Source of the DNA: Candidatus Woesearchaeota archaeon
GTDB taxonomy: Archaea; Nanobdellota; Nanobdellia; Woesearchaeales; GW2011-AR15
DNA length: 26,039 nt
NCBI GenBank assembly: GCA_038874655.1
Contig: JAVZBY010000011.1
Span: 1 to 26,039, forward strand
Direction: 5' to 3'
A program made the translations under genes and the position numbers. This document shows positions 19,505 to 26,039 of the stretch, piece by piece. The number at the start of each line of letters is the position of its first letter. Position 1 is the stretch's first letter. The notes below the pieces were generated by a model. That model saw nothing but the letters and a program-made list of their open reading frames with translations, did not search any database and had not been told where the DNA came from.

Positions 19505-20080
19505 TTAAAGAAATTTTAATCTATCTGGCCAAAGTTTTTGACTATACATTACAAATAAGAAAAATATTAGGGTTGTAATTAAAACAAATAATAATTCTTT
19601 TTTGAATGTTTTAATGAAGTATATGAGAAAATCAAGCCCAAATATTGCTAAAAATAGGAAAAAATAAATCATGATATAAATAAGAATTCTAACTAAACCC
19701 CAGAAAAGATAATATTTAATAAAAAAGTTTGGATATAGTTTTATGAGATATTTTAAATAATAAAATGAAAAAATGGTAAATAGAAATAAAAATACGAATA
19801 AAATCTGGATTTTCTTAAATTTGAAGTAAGGCAGATTAATTAGTTTATTAAAACTTAATGTGATAAAAGTGGTTATTGCAATTATACCAGTTATTAATAA
19901 AACAATTTTACTATGGATTGGCTCTATCCTGTAAATTGAGGGGTTGACTAGATAGGTTTGGAAAAAATTTGTCTTTAAGAAATATAGCTGGGTAAAAATT
20001 ATAAATACAAAACTAACTAATAAGTATAATATAAACTTCATTAAGTAATTATTTATGTTTTTTTTAAAATTATGATTCAT
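19505..20080 (-). CDS. Multi-pass membrane protein resembling the N-terminal half of DPANN exosortase/archaeosortase-family proteins; no catalytic domain
   Basis: About 5 TMs ending LFLAIFG..F.K.FKKEL...QKLWP; contains no Cys; TTATAAA about 30 nt upstream. The family resemblance is from recall only. Confidence 0.5.
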   Translation of the reverse strand: MNHNFKKNINNYLMKFILYLLVSFVFIIFTQLYFLKTNFFQTYLVNPSIYRIEPIHSKIVLLITGIIAITTFITLSFNKLINLPYFKFKKIQILFVFLFLFTIFSFYYLKYLIKLYPNFFIKYYLFWGLVRILIYIMIYFFLFLAIFGLDFLIYFIKTFKKELLFVLITTLIFFLFVMYSQKLWPDRLKFL

Positions 20081-20174
20081 ATATTATTTATAAAATAAAA
20101 TTTTTTATAAATTAATCGGTTTATTTTAGTTCTATTTTGTTTACCTTATATTTTTTTATTTCTTTTAATTTGTA

Positions 20175-23100
20175 TTAATTTTTTTTGTTAAAGAATTCGT
20201 TTTGATATAAATTATATATTTTGTTGTAAAGATTTTCTTTACTTTCTGATTCTGATAAAGTTTCAGATATTTCAGGCATATCTAAATAGTTATTTATCCA
20301 GTGTTTTAAATCATCTTTTATTTCTATAAATGTTTGTTGCGGCATATTATATATATGCATTGCTAATTCATATAAATTATTTGCTCTAATATTATTTTTT
20401 ACAAAAGGTTTTTTTGCATTTTTTAATATGCTTATTTGATTATTTTTTTGGCTATCACTTTTAAATTTATGTTTATTTAGGTTTATTTTTACAATTAATA
20501 CTGAGAGTATAATTATAGTTATGCCTTGTATTATAAAAAACCAACTAAATCTATTTTTTTTATTAGATAAATTTGTTCTTTCATAATTATTAATCTGTTT
20601 TTCAGTTATCTGTTTAGAGATATTCTCTTGCTCATTATTTTTTATATTTAAATTACTTGGGTTATTTATAGTTAGCTCTTTTTTTTCAAGAGATTCATTT
20701 ATGCTTTTTTCGTTAGAATCATTTTTTATTTTTTGAGATGAATTTTTGCTTATATCTTTGTCATTTTTTAAATTATTATAATTAATATTCACACTACCTC
20801 CGGAAATTCCTCCTCTTGAATTTGAGGTGCTTGTAGGACATTTACAATCTAAACTACATGTATAGCAATTTTCATTTAATTCACAAATCTTATCACCACA
20901 ATCTGGGACATTTATTATGTTTAAATCTATAAAATTGCTAAATGCAATTCTTTCAGGGAGAGAATTTGATTTAGCTATAAATCTTATAGTTTCTTTTCCA
21001 TAATAATCTTTTTTTGAACTAAAACTAACAAATCCGTTTTTTATCTCTAAGTTTATATTATAATTAGAAGAGTTTGGATTATTTATATTATTGATTGAAT
21101 TTACATTTCCCTCAACATAAAATTCTAATGTTTCATTTAATGGATCTTTGAAACATTCATTTAAATTTATATGATTAATTAAAAATTCATCTTCATTCCA
21201 ATAAACATTCTCCAAATTACAATTTGATATATTACAACTTCCGCAATCATATGAGCAAGTAATACAATTTTCATTTAATTCACAAATATTGTCACCACAT
21301 ACTGGAGTTTTTAATATTTTTAATTTGTTTGATAATAATGTATTTCCATAATCTTTTCCATCAAAAGGAGTTATTTGACATTGCCATATATCGTCTATAT
21401 TTGTTAAATCTTTTGTTATAATAGTCATATTTTCATATTCACTTATTTCCTTAGAATTTTTAAACCATTTTATTATATTTATAACTTGATCATTGTCAGC
21501 ATCATAAGTAGATTGATTTAGGCAAATTAAATCTTCATCGGTTGTGTTAGTTAATAAACTACTAATTAATTTTGGATAATTTTGCAGTGGTGGGGAATTA
21601 AAATTTAAAGGTTGTTCAGTATTTATTTCTATATTTTGATTGTTATTTATATTTTCACAAGGAAATGCACCAACATAATCACCCTTTATATTACAAGCAG
21701 GACTTTCAGGTTTTAATCTAAAATCTTTGTTTAATGGATCCATAAATAAGGGATTTAAATTTAAACTATTGATATCCCATTTACCATCCCATTGATTACT
21801 TTGTTTTGCTTGATCTAATGATGTAAATTCAATGCTACTTGTATCACTATTCCAATATTGGAAGATTGTTCCACCATCTTCTCTAAAATATAGATTATTG
21901 TCAAAGAAAATACCATCAATGGATAAACCAGATTTCTGTATTAATTTTTGGTCTTTTGAATAAAAAATGTTATTTGTCCATGAGCTATTTATCTGAGTTC
22001 TTCTGTTTGTGGTTGTTGTATAAATTCCTCTGCCAATGCAAGTGTTTTTAAAATATTCCATATAACCAGCAGGTAAATTATCAATTATTTTGAAACATTC
22101 ACCTTTATAATAATTACCATAATTATCCCATCTCTCTAACTTGTCGGCAATTATAAGATTATTATAAACATAACATTTATTTTTTAATGCTTGTGCAGGT
22201 GATAATGAAAATCCAACAAAAACATCACTAATGTTATTATGATGATAATGACCTTTATTACAAAAATCTTCAATTTCAATAGCGTCATCGTAAATATCAT
22301 ATATTTTATTATAACCTACATCTATATTGAAGAATTTGTCATCAGCAGTAGCATAAGTTAAGATTCCATTAAAATAACCAAATATTTCATTATAACTTGC
22401 ATTAACATCTTCAAGATTATCTTGTAAATATAATGCAGAAGTTTCCATTAAACTTAGTTTCATATCTTTCCATGAAAAATCACCAGGTTTCATATAAATT
22501 AAGTTGTTTGTTATAGTAATGTTGCTAGTTCCTCTGATGTCAAAACCTTTAAGTGCATTAACACAACTATTATTTTGAATTAGGATGTTATCACTTGCAC
22601 TAATATAAGCACATCTGACAGCACCTTCAATGTTTAAACCAGATATAACAAAACCTTTTCCTTTTACATTTGTAAAATAGAAAGGGATTCTGTGAGAGAT
22701 TATTAAACTGATTTTATTTGGATTTTTGTTTATGTCTTTAAATCTAATAAGTAATTTTTGATTAGTTATATTATAATAGATACCTTCAGGTTTGCTTGAA
22801 TTTTTTAAATCATTATAATTGTTATAACTGAATAGATTTACTTTTGTATCATTGTAATAAGCAATGAAAACTGTATCTGAAGTAGAATAATCAGAAGCCC
22901 ATATATTTAAACCATTAAAACTAACATTTTGCCATGTTGTTTCATTTGGATATTCAAATTTTAATATGTTTGCTTTTATTGTTGGTTTTATATTATTATT
23001 TTGATCATAATCTGTAATAATGACTGCAGAATCAAAGTAAACATTATTAAGTGTTAATGATGAATTTAGATAATATGTTCCATCAATTAAATATAATATA

Positions 23101-23480
23101 TCTCCGCTTTTTAATTTTGAAAATGCATAGTTTAATGTTTTAAAAGCATTGTTAATTGATAAACCATTATTATTATCATTGCCATTAATACTATCCACAT
23201 AATAAATTTTGTTTGTGCCAACACCAATTATGTTAATTACTTTTCCTGTTAAATTAGGATATGTTATAAATATAAAAGAGAGTAATAATATTGCTGTCAA
23301 TCCAGATAAAATAGAAAGAATTTTTGTAGTTTTTTGTTGTTCGTAGATTTTAAATACTAAATCTATATATTCTTCATTATAGCCTTTGCTTATTAAATAT
23401 TTTCTTATATCTGATTTAGAATAACCTTTTTTCAAATGAGATTCAATATAATTTGTCCATTGTTTTATTTTATGTGTCAT
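20175..23480 (-). CDS. Large membrane-anchored surface protein: N-terminal helical domain, TM, parallel beta-helix (pectin lyase-like), Ig/cadherin-like modules, two Cys-rich repeats, C-terminal TM
   Basis: YYVDSINGNDNNNG...AFKTL...GDILYL..GTY entry motif; Asn-ladder repeats; NPLF...DFRLKPESPA...VGAF cap; CGDxICxxxExCxxCxxDC x2; hydrophobic segments near both ends. Confidence 0.85.
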   Translation of the reverse strand: MTHKIKQWTNYIESHLKKGYSKSDIRKYLISKGYNEEYIDLVFKIYEQQKTTKILSILSGLTAILLLSFIFITYPNLTGKVINIIGVGTNKIYYVDSINGNDNNNGLSINNAFKTLNYAFSKLKSGDILYLIDGTYYLNSSLTLNNVYFDSAVIITDYDQNNNIKPTIKANILKFEYPNETTWQNVSFNGLNIWASDYSTSDTVFIAYYNDTKVNLFSYNNYNDLKNSSKPEGIYYNITNQKLLIRFKDINKNPNKISLIISHRIPFYFTNVKGKGFVISGLNIEGAVRCAYISASDNILIQNNSCVNALKGFDIRGTSNITITNNLIYMKPGDFSWKDMKLSLMETSALYLQDNLEDVNASYNEIFGYFNGILTYATADDKFFNIDVGYNKIYDIYDDAIEIEDFCNKGHYHHNNISDVFVGFSLSPAQALKNKCYVYNNLIIADKLERWDNYGNYYKGECFKIIDNLPAGYMEYFKNTCIGRGIYTTTTNRRTQINSSWTNNIFYSKDQKLIQKSGLSIDGIFFDNNLYFREDGGTIFQYWNSDTSSIEFTSLDQAKQSNQWDGKWDINSLNLNPLFMDPLNKDFRLKPESPACNIKGDYVGAFPCENINNNQNIEINTEQPLNFNSPPLQNYPKLISSLLTNTTDEDLICLNQSTYDADNDQVINIIKWFKNSKEISEYENMTIITKDLTNIDDIWQCQITPFDGKDYGNTLLSNKLKILKTPVCGDNICELNENCITCSYDCGSCNISNCNLENVYWNEDEFLINHINLNECFKDPLNETLEFYVEGNVNSINNINNPNSSNYNINLEIKNGFVSFSSKKDYYGKETIRFIAKSNSLPERIAFSNFIDLNIINVPDCGDKICELNENCYTCSLDCKCPTSTSNSRGGISGGSVNINYNNLKNDKDISKNSSQKIKNDSNEKSINESLEKKELTINNPSNLNIKNNEQENISKQITEKQINNYERTNLSNKKNRFSWFFIIQGITIIILSVLIVKINLNKHKFKSDSQKNNQISILKNAKKPFVKNNIRANNLYELAMHIYNMPQQTFIEIKDDLKHWINNYLDMPEISETLSESESKENLYNKIYNLYQNEFFNKKN
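20838..21299 (-). repeat. Two Cys-rich protein repeats (21234-21299, 20838-20900) flanking a cadherin-like module
   Basis: CGDNICELNENCITCSYDCGSC and CGDKICELNENCYTCSLDCKC. Confidence 0.85.
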
Positions 23481-23553
23481 TTCTCTTTTTTAATATTTAT
23501 TAATATTTTTTATTTTAAAAATTAATTAAAAATAATTTTTTAGATAAATTAAA

Positions 23554-26037
23554 TTAGTCTTGCACATACTTAGCAGTTTGATAATCATTTATCAATGTTT
23601 CCACTAATGATTTATCATAACCCTTTTCAAATAATAGAAATTCTTTTATTTCTTTTAAAGAAAATCCAATTCTTTCACAATCATTAAAGTATTTGTGCCA
23701 TTCTTTTCTTATTTCAGTTGTAATTATTGGTTTACTTGGTTTATTTGAGCTTACTTTATTTCTTTGATTATTAGCATAATAAGAAGTTAATATGTAATTT
23801 ATTAAAGTTTCATCATAACCATAATCTTTTGTAAGTATTTTTTTAATTTGTTGATTGCTATAACCTTTTTTTTCATATTCATTTATGTAGTTAAACCATA
23901 TATTTATCATTCTAGTTTCTTGACTCTCTCTGTTAAATTTTAGGTTATTAGAAATACTACTTATATTAGTAGTTAGATTTAATAAGTTTTTTGATAATGA
24001 AATATTTAAATTGTTAATTCTATCCTTTATTGGAAGGATTAGATTTAAAGCAATACTGTTTGTAATTTCATGATGTTTAGGTATTTTTATTTTATTCAAT
24101 CTTATTCTTTTAATTGTTAAACCACTAGATATAATTATTAAATTAAATGACTTTATTAGATTTATAGTTATACTATAAAAGATTTTATTTATATTGTACA
24201 CTAGGGTTAGAATTATTTTACTTAAATTAATAAAGAGATGTTTTAAATTTTTTGTAATGTGGTTTAATGTATATCTACTATGTTTTAAAAATAATTTGTA
24301 ATTTGTAGTTAATGAAACATATTTAATAGAAGTTATTGAATTTTTAGAATTAAAGTAAAGTTTTTTGAATATTGTTTTATCTGTCTTATATAAACCATAG
24401 ATGCTTATAGATAGTAAAGTTATAATAAAAAAAGGGATCATGTTTATTTTTTGATTAATAGTTAGTTTTTCATCATTTATTTTTATTAAGTTCCCTGTAA
24501 TTTTTTGAAAGCCTAATTCATTCTCAACTACTTCAGTATAACTTTCTTCTGTTTTTATTTCATTATTTAAGGAGTTTATATCTTCTTCTTTTATATTGTT
24601 TATATTGTTATTTGCTTCTTCTTTTTTATTTGATTCAACAACAATAGAATCAAAATCATTTGTTTGATTTTTTGTTTTTTCTAATTCAGTTGTTTTATTT
24701 AATTTTGTGTAATTGAATGAAAAACTACCTCCCGCACTACCACTACTGCTTCCTCCACTTCTCTTAGATGAGCCAGAAGATTTTGGGTTGGATTCTACAA
24801 CTATGCATTGACCACAATCTTTTGAGCATGAATTGCAGTCTTCGTTGTTGTTACATATATTATCTCCACAATAAGGTGCTGTTTCACATTGTCCACAATC
24901 TTTGCTACAAGATGAACATGATTCCCAAGATTCACATTTATTATTTCCACATGTATCAAAAACAGTTATTTTTATTTTGTTGGTTGTGGCACTTCTGTTA
25001 GTTGAGGGATCAAATGCTTTAAAAGTGATTAATTCTTCTCCAACCCAGTTGCTATTTGGATATAAGCTTGCTTTTGCTTCAAAATTTATAAAAACTTTTA
25101 TATTTTTTGCACCAATAACAGTGTAAGATAAACTTTTATTTAATGGATCCTTAAAACAAGATTTTAAATCATATGCTCTTGTTAAATTAGTATTCTTTTC
25201 AATTGATTTATCTTCTAAAACACATGAAACTATATTGAAGGTATTATTTTGATTGATACTAGAATCTGTGTTATCATTTGTATTACTACATGAACCACAA
25301 TCTTTTGAACAGGTATTGCAATTTTCATTGTTATTGCAAATACCATCACCACAATAAGGAGTTTTTTGTGTATTTATACAAGGAAATGCACCAACATAGC
25401 TCCCTGTGCTTGACATTGTACATGCAGGACTATTTTCTTTTGGTCTAAAATCATTTTTAGATATATCATTAAATAATGGATCTAAATTTTTACTATTTCT
25501 ATCCCATTTACCATCCCATAAATTACTATTCTTTGCTTGTTCTAATGATGAGAATTCATTGCTGTTTGTATCACTATTCCAATATTGGAAAATTGTTCCG
25601 CCATCTGCTCTAAAATAGAGATTATAATCATAAATAATTCCGTTTGATGATAAACCTGATTTCATAATAAGTTTTTGGTCTTTTGAATAAAAAATATTGT
25701 TTTCCCATATGGAATTTTTTTGTGTGCTTTTTTCATAATCTAAGGAATAAATTGCTCTACCAATGCAAGTGTTTCTTGAATAATTAAAGTTTTGTGTAGG
25801 TATTGGATCTATTATTTTAAAACATTCTCCTTGATAAACTGTTCCAGAATAATCCCATTTTATTTTTTTTTCTGCTATGATTAAGTTATCACTAACAAAA
25901 CATCTTTTTTCAGATGCATCAGCAGGAGATAATGAAATGCCTACAAAAGTATCTCTAATATCATTATGGTGATATCTTGCACCATTGCAGTAATTTTCTA
26001 TTTCAATAGCGTCATCATAAATATCATAAATTTTATT
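23554..26037 (-). CDS. Paralogous beta-helix surface protein, 5'-truncated by the window edge; three Cys-rich repeats, Ser/Gly linker, TM, long cytoplasmic tail
   Basis: Frame stays open from 25665 to the window end (NKIYDIYDDAIEIENYCNG...SKDQKLIMKSG) and aligns colinearly with the 1101-aa protein, so the Met at 25665 is internal. Confidence 0.88.
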   Translation of the reverse strand, partial: NKIYDIYDDAIEIENYCNGARYHHNDIRDTFVGISLSPADASEKRCFVSDNLIIAEKKIKWDYSGTVYQGECFKIIDPIPTQNFNYSRNTCIGRAIYSLDYEKSTQKNSIWENNIFYSKDQKLIMKSGLSSNGIIYDYNLYFRADGGTIFQYWNSDTNSNEFSSLEQAKNSNLWDGKWDRNSKNLDPLFNDISKNDFRPKENSPACTMSSTGSYVGAFPCINTQKTPYCGDGICNNNENCNTCSKDCGSCSNTNDNTDSSINQNNTFNIVSCVLEDKSIEKNTNLTRAYDLKSCFKDPLNKSLSYTVIGAKNIKVFINFEAKASLYPNSNWVGEELITFKAFDPSTNRSATTNKIKITVFDTCGNNKCESWESCSSCSKDCGQCETAPYCGDNICNNNEDCNSCSKDCGQCIVVESNPKSSGSSKRSGGSSSGSAGGSFSFNYTKLNKTTELEKTKNQTNDFDSIVVESNKKEEANNNINNIKEEDINSLNNEIKTEESYTEVVENELGFQKITGNLIKINDEKLTINQKINMIPFFIITLLSISIYGLYKTDKTIFKKLYFNSKNSITSIKYVSLTTNYKLFLKHSRYTLNHITKNLKHLFINLSKIILTLVYNINKIFYSITINLIKSFNLIIISSGLTIKRIRLNKIKIPKHHEITNSIALNLILPIKDRINNLNISLSKNLLNLTTNISSISNNLKFNRESQETRMINIWFNYINEYEKKGYSNQQIKKILTKDYGYDETLINYILTSYYANNQRNKVSSNKPSKPIITTEIRKEWHKYFNDCERIGFSLKEIKEFLLFEKGYDKSLVETLINDYQTAKYVQD
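24805..25353 (-). repeat. Three Cys-rich protein repeats (25288-25353, 24886-24951, 24805-24870)
   Basis: CGDGICNNNENCNTCSKDCGSC, CGNNKCESWESCSSCSKDCGQC, CGDNICNNNEDCNSCSKDCGQC. Confidence 0.85.
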
Positions 26038-26039
26038 AT

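Noticed and set aside
20175-24500. PEP-CTERM or PGF-CTERM sorting signals
   Set aside because: No PEP or PGF before either C-terminal TM, and both proteins have long cytoplasmic tails
24768-25618. Plus-strand ORFs 24768..25001, 24902..25126 and 25406..25618
   Set aside because: Antisense to the large surface protein gene; no independent support
21650-26039. Diversity-generating retroelement TR/VR pair
   Set aside because: The repeats are two coding paralogs, differences are not adenine-specific, and there is no reverse transcriptase in the window
1-26039. CRISPR array, IS element, prophage or alternative genetic code
   Set aside because: No regularly spaced direct repeats, transposase, integrase or phage genes seen; conserved genes are intact under code 11 and end in TAA, TAG or TGA

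Overview
Very AT-rich window that reads as a DPANN-type archaeon, most like Woesearchaeota. This assignment is inferred from archaeal-type pilus genes, an MJ0037-like phosphoesterase, TATA boxes about 28-31 nt upstream of start codons, and bacterial-type MetK and DnaJ. From left to right it holds: a type IV pilus/Tad assembly operon (ATPase, small protein, two T2SS-F/TadC platform proteins); a GC-enriched self-complementary intergenic element; rad50 with no adjacent mre11, preceded by an uncalled 46-aa ORF carrying a PIP-box-like motif; a YdeN-like hydrolase; dnaJ; an A24 prepilin peptidase; a PIG-L deacetylase; two paralogous multi-pass membrane proteins; a metallophosphoesterase; an HTH-CBS regulator divergent from metK, with a palindrome between the two TATA boxes; sua5; and an HD hydrolase. 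The right end is a cell-surface cluster: a CAAX-type protease resembling the exosortase-associated subfamily, VanZ, an apparently catalytic-domain-less exosortase-like membrane protein, and two tandem paralogous beta-helix, Cys-repeat surface proteins (the second runs off the window). I found no CRISPR array, tRNA, rRNA or transposase. All family calls come from motif recognition, not database searches.
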